A stretch of 64,000 nt of DNA from Bdellovibrionota bacterium (lineage in GTDB: Bacteria > Bdellovibrionota_G > JALEGL01 > DATDPG01), in NCBI GenBank assembly GCA_963668355.1, contig OY764265.1, positions 448,001 through 512,000 on the forward strand. Reading direction: 5' to 3'. Positions 1 through 9,024 of this stretch are shown in pieces. Positions within the stretch are counted from its first letter, which is position 1, and each line of letters starts with the position of its first letter. Below the pieces are notes generated by a model, which saw only the letters and a program-made list of their open reading frames with translations, was not told the origin of the DNA and ran no database searches. Position numbers and translations under genes: made by a program.

Positions 1-442
1 TGCACGAACCAAGCATGGAACCGAAAAATTAGCGGATAAGCTTGCCAAACAAAATTTGAGTGTCGACGCCCTACATGGAGATCTTCGACAAAACCAACGC
101 AAGAACGTCATCAATGCCTTTCGCCATCAGAAATATCGCATTCTCGTGGCAACCGACATCGCAGCTCGAGGCTTAGACATTCCTCATGTAGAACATGTAA
201 TCAATTACGATCTTCCTCAAATTGCTGAGGACTATATTCATCGCATTGGAAGAACCGCTCGTGCGGGAGCCGAAGGCGCTTCCCTCAGCATTTTGGTGCC
301 CAGTGACCGCGTAAAATGGAACGCCATTTGCGAAATGCTTCATCCTGAACGAAAGCAAAAAGGAAGCTCAAACCAGGCACAGGCGGGTCGGCGACATCAA
401 AGAAAAGGACGCTCCAGGAACTTTAACCGCAGCGCAGCCTAG
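1..442 (+). CDS. DEAD/DEAH-box RNA helicase, C-terminal part (5'-truncated by window edge)
   Basis: Frame open from position 2 (ARTKHG..). Helicase motifs LHGDL-Q, LVATDIAARGLD, YIHRIGRTARAG; basic C-terminal tail. Confidence 0.93.
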   Translation, partial: ARTKHGTEKLADKLAKQNLSVDALHGDLRQNQRKNVINAFRHQKYRILVATDIAARGLDIPHVEHVINYDLPQIAEDYIHRIGRTARAGAEGASLSILVPSDRVKWNAICEMLHPERKQKGSSNQAQAGRRHQRKGRSRNFNRSAA

Positions 443-471
443 CCACCATTTGTCAGTCAAAAAATGGCCTC

Positions 472-501
472 TTGACTCGGAGCACAAGAACCCGATATAA
501 A
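472..501 (+). promoter_or_regulatory. Putative sigma70 promoter for the RRM gene
   Basis: TTGACT-18 nt-TATAAA about 115 nt upstream of ATG 617. Confidence 0.4.
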
Positions 502-616
502 CTTTAAGATTATTTTTGCCAGCTCGCCTACCGATCTTTTCTTTCGATTCCGTCGTTATTCGCGCTTCAGAAATGTAAACAGACAATATTCGTGAATCGA
601 AGATAGGATCATAACA

Positions 617-934
617 ATGACTAAAAAACTATATGTGGGAAACCTTCCTTTTTCAGCAACCAACCAAGACCTTATGACCATGTTTGGCGAATGTGGCACC
701 GTGGAAACAGCCGATTTGATCATGGATCGAGACACGCAGCGAAGCAAAGGCTTTGGCTTTGTGGTGATGTCCAACGATAACGAAGCCCAAGAGGCCATTA
801 AAAAATTGGATGGACAGGATTACGAAGGCCGTTCGCTCAAAGTGAACGAAGCCCGACCGATGGAAAAACGTAATGGCGGTGGCGGCAATCGCGGTTTCGG
901 CGGCGGACGACGCGGCGGCCGGTCCAGCTACTAA
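617..934 (+). CDS. RRM (RNP-1) RNA-binding protein with Gly/Arg-rich tail
   Basis: RNP2 LYVGNL, RNP1 KGFGFVVM, GGR-rich C-terminus. Confidence 0.95.
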   Translation: MTKKLYVGNLPFSATNQDLMTMFGECGTVETADLIMDRDTQRSKGFGFVVMSNDNEAQEAIKKLDGQDYEGRSLKVNEARPMEKRNGGGGNRGFGGGRRGGRSSY

Positions 935-957
935 ACTTAATCGTTTATACAAACGCA

Positions 958-989
958 AAAAAGCCCGAGTGCAAGCACTCGGGCTTTTT
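958..989. terminator. Bidirectional intrinsic terminator
   Basis: AAAAAGCCCGAGTGC-AA-GCACTCGGGCTTTTT between convergent genes. Confidence 0.85.
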
Positions 990-1092
990 ATTAGCAGAGT
1001 TCCAGAAACACACGCCGAAACCTAAACACAAATCTGTTAGGCCGAATTTCCACCTCAAGACTATTTAACGGGACGACTGCTCGGATTGGGCT

Positions 1093-1464
1093 TTATGCCC
1101 ATGCCAAGACGATGGCTACGCCGAGCCCAAGCATCGCCAGGGAGGGAAACGTTTTTCGCAGAGAGTCTTTGACCTTCAGATGCATGCCAACAGCCCCCAG
1201 CATGAGAAGCGTAAGCAGCATAGCCCCCGCTTGAGCTATGGAGCCATCAAGCAAACCGACAATGAGAAGAAAAGCAGCAAACAACTTGAGCGCGCCCACC
1301 ACATAAACAGACCATCTGGGAAGACCATAGACGGCAAATTCTTCCACCATGTTTTGGGCTGCACGACCTCGATAGGGAGTAGCTTTAGAGAAACGAAGAA
1401 GCCAAACATTTATGAGACCAAGGGCGGCAACAATTTGGAGAACATGAACAAAGTAAAACTCCAT
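1093..1464 (-). CDS. DoxX-like membrane protein
   Basis: Four hydrophobic segments; EEFAVYGLP and MLGAVGMHLKVKD motifs typical of DoxX_2 proteins. Confidence 0.8.
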   Translation of the reverse strand: MEFYFVHVLQIVAALGLINVWLLRFSKATPYRGRAAQNMVEEFAVYGLPRWSVYVVGALKLFAAFLLIVGLLDGSIAQAGAMLLTLLMLGAVGMHLKVKDSLRKTFPSLAMLGLGVAIVLAWA

Positions 1465-1565
1465 AGTAGGAAAAATATATCATTTACGCCCCCATCTTCG
1501 CAAATCGGATTCAGTCGAGTTTGGGTCCTGTCGTCCCCCGATTCATTATTCACCAAGGTGAGCGT

Positions 1566-2138
1566 CTACTTTCGAGTATGCTTCTCCAAGAGTTCAAGCG
1601 CCACTTTCTTATTTATCTTGGCGAGTCTGACATCTCCAGTTGCATGCGCAAGCACCGTAGCCCCACAAATCAAACTCAATATTTGAGGTACTATTTTCTT
1701 ATATTCTTTTGGACAACCCTCCTTCAAAAGCGCTTCAACAAGGTGGGTTGTGCGGGAGAAATGTTCGTCAAGACATTGACGAATTTTGGGATCGGCACCC
1801 TCTTTGTTAAATTCCGACAATCCTCGAATAAAGGGACACCCTTGAAAATCAGGCTCCTGAAACCATTCCTTCAGTGCATCGAATAGAAATAACGTTTTCT
1901 CTTGAGGTGTCTTTCCCTTCGCCGCAAATTTTTCTAACCTCTCAAACCATCGCAGATCCTTTCTTCGAAAGTATTCTGCAATGAGGTCATTTTTCGAGGG
2001 GAAATGGTGATAAAAGGTCTTCTTGGCCACTCCACTCTCTTTAATGATCCGATCAATGCCGGTGGAGTGAACACCATTGTCATTAAATAGACGCTCCGCA
2101 GCCAACACGATTTTTTCTTTGGAAGCTCGAGGTTTCAT
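1566..2138 (-). CDS. TetR/AcrR family transcriptional regulator
   Basis: N-terminal HTH (TGIDRIIKESGVAKKTFYHHFPSK); FQGCPF motif. Confidence 0.93.
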   Translation of the reverse strand: MKPRASKEKIVLAAERLFNDNGVHSTGIDRIIKESGVAKKTFYHHFPSKNDLIAEYFRRKDLRWFERLEKFAAKGKTPQEKTLFLFDALKEWFQEPDFQGCPFIRGLSEFNKEGADPKIRQCLDEHFSRTTHLVEALLKEGCPKEYKKIVPQILSLICGATVLAHATGDVRLAKINKKVALELLEKHTRK

Positions 2139-2166
2139 AAATCCTCCAACATATTAACAGCTTAAA

Positions 2167-2225
2167 AAAAGGAGACAACCTTGTCTACTTTTTTCTTGCA
2201 AAAGGAGACAGTTCTGTCTACTTTT
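2167..2225. promoter_or_regulatory. Two TetR-type operator palindromes
   Basis: AAAAGGAGACA-N4-TGTCTACTTTT at 2167-2192 and 2200-2225 in the divergent tetR/CMD intergenic region. Confidence 0.8.
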
Positions 2226-2269
2226 AAGGACAAGGAATGATTAACCCAAAAACGCAAAGGAGTGTTTTT

Positions 2270-2800
2270 ATGTCACGTCTTGAATCAGCAAGTGTCGATC
2301 GCGCCACAGGCGCGACCGCGAAATTGTATGACGCAATCAAGTCTAATCTCGGAAGTGTTCCAAATCTTTTCCAGGCGTTGGGATCGAATCCGAAAGTCTT
2401 GAAAGTTTACTTAGGCCTAGGAGCTGGCCAAACTTCTCTCAACGCCCAAGAGAAAGAGATGATCGCTTTGGTTGTTGCCCAAGTGAATGGCTGCGGTTAC
2501 TGTCTGGCCGCGCACACCGCTTTAGGTAAACTAGTCGACTTCAAGGAAGAAGAAATCGTGAGCATACGGCGTGGACAGGTGTCCGATCCAAAGCTCAACG
2601 CTCTCCTTCAGTTCACGCGAGAGGTGGTTTTCGAGAAGGGTCGAGTATCCAATGAGACGTTCGAAAAACTATTGGAGAACGGCTATACAAAAGCACAGGT
2701 ACCAGAAATCATCTTGGCCGTTGTCGGAAATGCGTTCACAAACTACTTTAATCAAGTGAACCAAACACCGATCGATTTTCCATCCGTACAAAAAATTTAG
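2270..2800 (+). CDS. Carboxymuconolactone decarboxylase / AhpD-like peroxidase
   Basis: E-x-IAL...NGCGYCLAAH CxxC motif. AAGGAG precedes ATG 2270 (alternative start 2237). Confidence 0.88.
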   Translation: MSRLESASVDRATGATAKLYDAIKSNLGSVPNLFQALGSNPKVLKVYLGLGAGQTSLNAQEKEMIALVVAQVNGCGYCLAAHTALGKLVDFKEEEIVSIRRGQVSDPKLNALLQFTREVVFEKGRVSNETFEKLLENGYTKAQVPEIILAVVGNAFTNYFNQVNQTPIDFPSVQKI

Positions 2801-2858
2801 AAAAACTTCTGGAGCGACACAGTGATGAATACTTAGTCACCCAACCTATAATGAAGTA

Positions 2859-2897
2859 TTGAGAAGGGATGAAGTGGTCCAATTCATCCCTTCTCAA
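2859..2897. terminator. Strong hairpin, probable terminator or mRNA-stabilising stem
   Basis: Perfect 15-bp stem TTGAGAAGGGATGAA / TTCATCCCTTCTCAA; weak U tract. Confidence 0.5.
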
Positions 2898-3056
2898 CTG
2901 TATTTGTTATCCCGAAATTGGATAGCATCAACTGATCTTTGATTCTAAGAAACAACTTTTTTGCGTTTGATGAATGGTTTTTTTGGGGGGGGCTATGCTA
3001 GCCCGACAAGCTTGGCTAAAATTCCAAGCCATTCAAGTTACTAAGAAAGGAAAAGC

Positions 3057-3755
3057 ATGCTGCTCTTTTACACTCCCGGAACCTGTGCGATGTCCGAACT
3101 CATTTTTCTCGAGTACCTCGGAAAGCCCTATTGGCTTTGTCGAGTGGAAGGGAATGCGCGTCGTCAGGAACCTTTCCTGGCTAAGGTCAATCCCCATGGA
3201 CAGGTCCCCGCATTTATCACTGATCAAGGTCGGGTTTTGACGGAAAATTCAGCCATTCTCCTGCATTTAAGTGATGTCAATCCGAAGTTAAACTGGGGGG
3301 CTTCGCCTGGTTCAGAAGAACGGGATGAACTTCACTATTGGCTAAGCTATTTGGATAGCAGCTATCATATGGCTTACGGACCTTTGTTTAAAACTCAGGC
3401 ATTTATTGAAAACGAAGCCCAATTTGAAAAGGTGAAGACAGCCGCGTTAAAACGAGTGGGCTCAAGTCTCGAATATCTCAATCAGCACCTCCAAGATCGA
3501 AAGCATTTTGCTTTGGGACGTGAGACACTCTTGGATGCCTATTTCTATGCCATGGGGCGGTGGGGACGAATGTTCTTCAAATTGGGCCAAGAGTATCCGG
3601 CGGTGGAACAATTCTTGGCTCGACGAGAATCTGATCCTTGGGTGCAAACCGCCCTCAGAGTCGAACAAGGAGAACTCACCCAAGGGGAACATCTCTCTGG
3701 CCATAAATCTCTGGACGAAGCGATTACCTTGATCAAAAGACCTTTGGTGGTGTGA
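3057..3755 (+). CDS. Glutathione S-transferase (beta-class-like)
   Basis: YTPGTCA N-terminus, VNPHGQVP, LTENSAI motifs. Confidence 0.9.
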   Translation: MLLFYTPGTCAMSELIFLEYLGKPYWLCRVEGNARRQEPFLAKVNPHGQVPAFITDQGRVLTENSAILLHLSDVNPKLNWGASPGSEERDELHYWLSYLDSSYHMAYGPLFKTQAFIENEAQFEKVKTAALKRVGSSLEYLNQHLQDRKHFALGRETLLDAYFYAMGRWGRMFFKLGQEYPAVEQFLARRESDPWVQTALRVEQGELTQGEHLSGHKSLDEAITLIKRPLVV

Positions 3756-3892
3756 TCCCCTTCGTTAAAGTTGGTGAATTCCTGGGACACGCGCCGGAAC
3801 TGTCAGTTGCAAGAAAGTCACCGCCCGGTGCTGTGACCAGGCGGTGTTTTTGCTACGATGTGTTTTTCACACTCTAGTGTGTTTGCCCTTCT

Positions 3893-5530
3893 TTATTGTG
3901 CAACACAGAATAGAGACATTAGGTTTCCACCACCGTTGCAGGCGTAGGTCCCGCCTCCGAAAGCGATCCACACAGATGGTTGGTGGGGATTTCCGGTACC
4001 GGCGTCGCCGGAACTCGACGTCCAATCGCTACACGTATTCCCCGAGTTGACCATCCATGTAGTTCCGCTCAATCCCGTCATGGGCGGGTAACCTCCGCCA
4101 TCGATGTAATTGGTCAGCGTTCCGGTGAAAATTCCGTACTCATTGGTCGTGCCAATCACTGTCGTGCCATCACTTCTTACGTAGGTGGTATTGGGCGAAA
4201 GCACCCAGTCAACATGTTCGCTGAGTCCACCCGTGCCGCAGTTGGAGGAGGTACACGCAATACGCGAGGTACTGGGATTACCTGTGTCGGCCACAATGAG
4301 AGCTTTATAGCTAGCATCATAAGCCGAGGCACATAGGGCATCCGCACCAGCCACACCGCCCATGTTTCCGTACGTCACGCCGGATAGCATTCTCAATATT
4401 TTTGGCGTCGATACTGTGGTGAAACCGGTCGCTTGCGTCTGATTGGAGGCAATGCCATTTCCAGCCGCATCGGTAGCCAAAGTTGTCACACGAATTTTGT
4501 AGGTTTCGCTATTGCTCAAATTCGATGCAGGCGTGAGCGTGAATGTCTTATCACCATTGCTCGCCACCGGAGCCGCATCCATTTGCACGCAGGTCGAAAA
4601 ACTGTCCGCGGACACTTGAATCGAACCATCACAATCGGTATCCGCCGTGTTGGTCGTAATGCTTGAAGTTTTCATCGCCTCATCAAACGTCACCGCAATG
4701 CTGGAACTAACGGACACTTCCGTTGCTTCATTCGCCGGACTGAGACTACTGAGAGTCGGAGCCGTTTCATCATAGGCACGCACTAAGTCTGAGGGAGCCG
4801 TATTGGACTTTTCTCCAGTTAAGGCATCGGCCGCCACATCCGCATCCACCGATACCGTCACATCGCCGTCGGAAGTCGGCGTAATATCAACGGTAAAAAC
4901 TGGATTGCCCGAAGTAACCAGATTGCTGGCCGACCCATTGGCCACATCAATATCACCAACCACAAAGCCCGACACTTCTTCACTAAAGGTAATGGTGACT
5001 GAAAAAGGTGAACTATTGGTGGGACTACTTGCCGAAGAAGTAATCGTCGCGGTCAGGGCCGAAGAGTCACATCGAATGGAAAACGTATTCGATGCTTCGC
5101 TATCATTTTCCGCACTATCGGATGCAGCTTCGGCCGGAACCGATAAGCTGACCGTGACCGGATCCTCAGATGGGGTTACGGTGACGGTGTAAACTTTACT
5201 CTCCGTAACCTCGGTGAGATTGGAAACAGAAGCGTTGGTCGCTTCAATATCCGAGAGTTCAAAGCCCTCAACCACCTCACTAAACGTAATGGTTACAGAA
5301 AACGAACTTTCTGCCGTGAGAATCGCTTGATTTGAGGTAATACTCACTGTCGGAGCCACGTTGTCGACAGACTCACCTCCTTCTTCCTCATTCTCGGTCA
5401 AGTTTGACTCGGCGGCAGGGGTATCATCACCCGCCGGATCCAAATTCTGATCAACATCACTTCCGCAGGAATGAACGACTAACAAAAAAGCCATGAAAGA
5501 TATGAAAAAAAAGATTTTATTGGCAGCCAT
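3893..5530 (-). CDS. Surface lipoprotein with tandem bacterial Ig-like domains and a C-terminal DUF1554 (endostatin/Len-like) domain
   Basis: Start re-assigned to ATG 5530 (MAANK; AAAGGA RBS; lipobox VHS-C). Two FSVTITFSE.V.GF Ig repeats, one Big_5-like domain (IAVTFDEAM), then GNMGGVAGADALC...DWVLSPNTTYVR. Confidence 0.75.
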   Translation of the reverse strand: MAANKIFFFISFMAFLLVVHSCGSDVDQNLDPAGDDTPAAESNLTENEEEGGESVDNVAPTVSITSNQAILTAESSFSVTITFSEVVEGFELSDIEATNASVSNLTEVTESKVYTVTVTPSEDPVTVSLSVPAEAASDSAENDSEASNTFSIRCDSSALTATITSSASSPTNSSPFSVTITFSEEVSGFVVGDIDVANGSASNLVTSGNPVFTVDITPTSDGDVTVSVDADVAADALTGEKSNTAPSDLVRAYDETAPTLSSLSPANEATEVSVSSSIAVTFDEAMKTSSITTNTADTDCDGSIQVSADSFSTCVQMDAAPVASNGDKTFTLTPASNLSNSETYKIRVTTLATDAAGNGIASNQTQATGFTTVSTPKILRMLSGVTYGNMGGVAGADALCASAYDASYKALIVADTGNPSTSRIACTSSNCGTGGLSEHVDWVLSPNTTYVRSDGTTVIGTTNEYGIFTGTLTNYIDGGGYPPMTGLSGTTWMVNSGNTCSDWTSSSGDAGTGNPHQPSVWIAFGGGTYACNGGGNLMSLFCVAQ

Positions 5531-5609
5531 CTTCGATTCCTTTCGACGGTGAGGGTCAACTGCGTTGAAAACTAAAATTTTTTTGAGCCATGAGCCAAAT
5601 GAGGACGAG

Positions 5610-5624
5610 GCAATTTTCAGGCCA
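5610..5624 (-). promoter_or_regulatory. sigma54 -24/-12 promoter
   Basis: Minus strand TGGCCTGAAAATTGC has exact TGGC-N7-TTGC spacing, 80 nt upstream of the lipoprotein start. Confidence 0.6.
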
Positions 5625-5950
5625 AGAGATTTATCGACCGAGCCAAAATTCAGGTCATATATGTTTCTGTATTTATTCCAGAAATCCCTCCTGTGGCAGG
5701 AGGTCGTTTTTAACGAAGCCACGAGGGGGGGGTTAGCTGAGCCCCCCCAATTTCCCCCTTGCCTGATCGAAAGTTTCGTTGCGCATTGCGCGCCCTTGCC
5801 GGAGGGGAAAGAACGTCAAAAACATGAACGACTCGATCAGAAACCCCTAGAGGTCAAATTGACCCCAGGGGGGTACATACAGACCTGCAAAAAATACCCC
5901 TTCTCTGAACGCCTGGGTTTCGGCTTTTGTCACCAAAACTTTGTTGAACC

Positions 5951-5985
5951 AAAAAAGGCCGCGGGGAAACCCCGCGGCCTTTTTT
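5951..5985 (-). terminator. Intrinsic terminator of hcp (symmetric)
   Basis: AAAAAAGGCCGCGGGG-AAA-CCCCGCGGCCTTTTTT directly after the hcp stop. Confidence 0.9.
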
Positions 5986-5987
5986 GT

Positions 5988-7628
5988 TTAGTTTAAGAAA
6001 GAGTTGAGATCCTGTTCAACTGTGGTGATGGGTTGTAAGTCAAACGTCTCCTGCAATGTCTTCAATACCGGAGGCGTAACAAAGGCTGGCAGGGAGGGCC
6101 CCAGGCGAATCCCTTTGATGCCTAAGTGTAGCAAGGTCAATAAGACGGCCACCGCCTTCTGTTCAAACCATGAAACCACGAGGGACAGTGGAAGCTCATT
6201 GACGCCTACGCCAAAGGCTTTGGATAAAGCCTGTGCAATGACAATGGCCGAATACGAATCATTGCATTGTCCGAGATCGAGAAGCCTTGGGATGCCTCCG
6301 ATTTCACCAAGGTTTTCATTGATGAATCGATACTTTCCACATCCGAGGGTGAGGACGACGGTATCCTTAGGCGTCGATGTAACAAAGTCCGTAAAATAGT
6401 TTCTACCGCTTTTTGCGCCATCGCACCCACCGACGACAAAGAAGTGACGAATTTTTTTGTCTTGCACGGCTTTGACAATCGTTTCGGCTACGTTCATGAC
6501 AGCATTGTGCGCAAAGCCGATCGTGATTGTGGATTCAAGACCATCTTCCGTGAAGCCTTTTTCATTTTGAGCAGCTTTGATCACGGGAGAAAAGTCCCGA
6601 TCTTTGATGTGCGCAACATTCGGCCACCCCACCATTCCGCATGTGAAGACACGCTTTTCATACGTCTCTTTGGGTTTCTGGAGGCAGTTGGTGGTCATTA
6701 AAATAGCTCCAGGGAAAAGATCAAATTCATTTCGTTGTTCTTGCCAGGCACCACCATAATTGCCCACAAGATGTTTGTACTTCTTCAGTTCCGGATAAGC
6801 CAGGGCAGGCATCATCTCTCCGTGTGTGTAGATGTTGATGCCCGTGTCCTCGGTTTGTTTCAGGAGTTCTTCCAAATCTCTCAGGTCATGACCGGAAACC
6901 AATATTGCTTTTCCTTTTACCGGGCTGGTTCGAATGCCCGTTGGTTCTGGATGACCGTAACGAGAGGTGTGAGCCGAGTCCAGGAGCTCCATGGTTTTAA
7001 GATTCTTTTCGCCTGTTTCGAGAGAAAGAGAGAGGAGATCCTCCATGGAGGGATCTTCGCTCAAGGCGTTGAGCACCCGGTGAATGAAGCCAAATAGATC
7101 TTCATCGTTCGCGCCCAGAAGATGAGCGTGGTTTAAGTAGGCGGCCATGCCTTTAAGACCAAAAAGGAGTAGGTGGGCTAAACCCGCGCGGTCTTTTCCC
7201 CAAGCCTCGAACTCCACTTCAGGTGATCGTTTTTCACCTTCACGAATGAGATCGCTCATAGAAGCGGGAAACGAGAAAGTCGCTGGGCCGTCAAGTTCCT
7301 CCACTTCTTTCCCGGCCTTTTCGGCGGCAGCTCTATAAGCACTGTGGGCAACATCTCTTTGCTTCGTCAGCTTCTCGAGAAATTCCACATGTCGCTGAGG
7401 GTCGAAATTAACATTTGTGACCGTAAGAAAAAGACCTTCCAATGTAAACACGTCAATGTCTTGAATGGATTCCCCTAATTGTCTGAGGCGATGGGCATAC
7501 ATCGACAAACCCCGAAGTCCAAAAAGGATAAGGTCTTGTAGTGCAGCCGTTTCGGGGTCTTTCCCACAACTTCCAAAAGAATGACATCCGCTTTCTTGGG
7601 CGGTTTGCTCACATTGATAACAAAACAT
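5988..7628 (-). CDS. hcp: Hydroxylamine reductase / hybrid cluster protein
   Basis: MFCYQCEQT...GC....CGK N-terminal Fe-S motif; SGHD, YTHGEM, MTTNC, GGCDG, GQCND, SWFEQKA motifs. Confidence 0.97.
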   Translation of the reverse strand: MFCYQCEQTAQESGCHSFGSCGKDPETAALQDLILFGLRGLSMYAHRLRQLGESIQDIDVFTLEGLFLTVTNVNFDPQRHVEFLEKLTKQRDVAHSAYRAAAEKAGKEVEELDGPATFSFPASMSDLIREGEKRSPEVEFEAWGKDRAGLAHLLLFGLKGMAAYLNHAHLLGANDEDLFGFIHRVLNALSEDPSMEDLLSLSLETGEKNLKTMELLDSAHTSRYGHPEPTGIRTSPVKGKAILVSGHDLRDLEELLKQTEDTGINIYTHGEMMPALAYPELKKYKHLVGNYGGAWQEQRNEFDLFPGAILMTTNCLQKPKETYEKRVFTCGMVGWPNVAHIKDRDFSPVIKAAQNEKGFTEDGLESTITIGFAHNAVMNVAETIVKAVQDKKIRHFFVVGGCDGAKSGRNYFTDFVTSTPKDTVVLTLGCGKYRFINENLGEIGGIPRLLDLGQCNDSYSAIVIAQALSKAFGVGVNELPLSLVVSWFEQKAVAVLLTLLHLGIKGIRLGPSLPAFVTPPVLKTLQETFDLQPITTVEQDLNSFLN

Positions 7629-7696
7629 GGCGAGAGCTCCTTAAATTAAGAATTAAAAATCCAAGGAGAAGGTAGGTTAAGTGAGAGGCCCGCGCC

Positions 7697-7710
7697 TTGA
7701 CTTAAATCAA
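7697..7710. promoter_or_regulatory. CRP/FNR-family (FNR/DNR/HcpR-type) binding site upstream of hcp
   Basis: TTGACTTAAATCAA matches TTGAT-N4-ATCAA with one mismatch, 69 nt upstream of the hcp ATG. Confidence 0.7.
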
Positions 7711-7736
7711 GACAACTAGAAATCGGTTCATTTCGG

Positions 7737-8063
7737 AACTTCCCTTGTCGGCGAAATGCCGACAGTTTTACAACAAGTGAGGAGCGGGGGCCCTATGGGC
7801 TGCGACGAGCTACCTTAGAAGTGCTCGAGCGCGAACAGCGCGAGAAACTTCCCTTCTCGGCGAAATGCCGACAGTTTTACAACAAGTGAGGAGCGGGTGC
7901 CCTTTGGGCAGCGACGAGCCACATTAGAAGTGCTCGAACACGGGTAGCGCGACAAATTTCCCTTGTCGGCGAAATGCCGACAGTTTTACAACAAGTGAGG
8001 AGCGGGGGCCCTATGGGCTGCGACGAGCTACCTTAGAAGTGCTCGAGCGCGAGCAGCGCGACA
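7737..8063. repeat. Three tandem 109-bp structured repeats
   Basis: Units start at 7737, 7846 and 7955. Copy 1 differs from copy 3 at 3 positions and from copy 2 at 12. Several hairpins show compensatory changes. Confidence 0.95.
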
Positions 8064-8109
8064 AACCTGGTGGACGCGCGGTGGACGTTTCTACAGGTGT
8101 GGCAATTCC

Positions 8110-9024
8110 TTAATCTTGGAGTCCTAGTGCTTTATTCAATTGTTTGCGCTGCAAAGATTTTCGTTTCGAATCCATCTTCTTTTGATTCAACAGTTTCCAT
8201 TTGACGGATGGGTACTCACTTACATCCTTGAAAAGATCCCATTTAGGATCGCTGTCAAAAAAAGACACCAAAAATTCCTTGTCATTTTCCGTCAACACAC
8301 TCCGCAAATGATCTGGTAGGGTATCTCTAATCGCTTCCAACTCCTGAATCGCAACATCTTGTTGAGCCATGCCGTGGAATTCATTTTCGAATCTCTCTCG
8401 AATATCTTGTGCGTTTGGGTCTAAGACCTCATGTAAGGGCCGATTATGGGATATCAGATAGAAAAGAAAAGCCTCTTTTATCTCTGACGTAATGCCCTCA
8501 TGATCAAGCAAATACTTTACATCGAAAAAATCACGCGGGTGCTGTCGATCCAATGCGGCCACGAGTTTGCCTCCAAAAACGTCCGGCAACGCTACACACT
8601 GAATCTGAAGCTCTTTCCGAAACTCGCTATACACAAGCGCACAAGCATCTTTCTTAACAGGGCCAAACAATGTTCCTCGAATCGTAAAATTGGGTTCGAT
8701 TTTGATCTCAACGTTGCTTCGCCTTACAAACAGTTTGACCTCTTTGTCGCTACCAAGAGGATGTGAGCTTGTAACGGAGAAGTTCATTTCTCTTTCCAAG
8801 TTCATTTTGATTTCATTAAGAATCGAATGAATGTTTTTAAATGTTTTTTTTCGATCTTCTAGTGGCAAATACACAAGATCAATATCCACGCTTAAACGCG
8901 GCATGTTTCGCAAGAATAGATTGATCGCCGTTCCACCTTTGAGTGCAACTCTGAAATCCTGACATGCATAAGGCAACACCTCTAACAGCATGTTCAATTG
9001 TTCTCTGTACTGTTGACTGATCAA
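8110..9024 (-). CDS. AbiEii/AbiGii-family nucleotidyltransferase toxin (type IV TA)
   Basis: LKGGTAINLF...RLSVDIDL NTase motif, KLVAALDRQHPRDFFD. Confidence 0.92.
   Translation of the reverse strand: MISQQYREQLNMLLEVLPYACQDFRVALKGGTAINLFLRNMPRLSVDIDLVYLPLEDRKKTFKNIHSILNEIKMNLEREMNFSVTSSHPLGSDKEVKLFVRRSNVEIKIEPNFTIRGTLFGPVKKDACALVYSEFRKELQIQCVALPDVFGGKLVAALDRQHPRDFFDVKYLLDHEGITSEIKEAFLFYLISHNRPLHEVLDPNAQDIRERFENEFHGMAQQDVAIQELEAIRDTLPDHLRSVLTENDKEFLVSFFDSDPKWDLFKDVSEYPSVKWKLLNQKKMDSKRKSLQRKQLNKALGLQD

Noticed and set aside
5531..5950. Riboswitch (e.g. c-di-GMP-I) in the long leader of the lipoprotein gene, and ORF 5565-5996
   Set aside because: No aptamer consensus recognisable by eye; the ORF runs through a promoter and a terminator and has no protein-like motifs.
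7737..8063. CRISPR array
   Set aside because: Whole 109-bp units are repeated with no unique spacers, and there are no cas genes in the window.
8067..8090. tRNA or tmRNA 3' remnant (minus strand ends GTCCACCA)
   Set aside because: No T-arm upstream and no match to the tRNA-fMet end; better explained as an 11-bp-period direct repeat.
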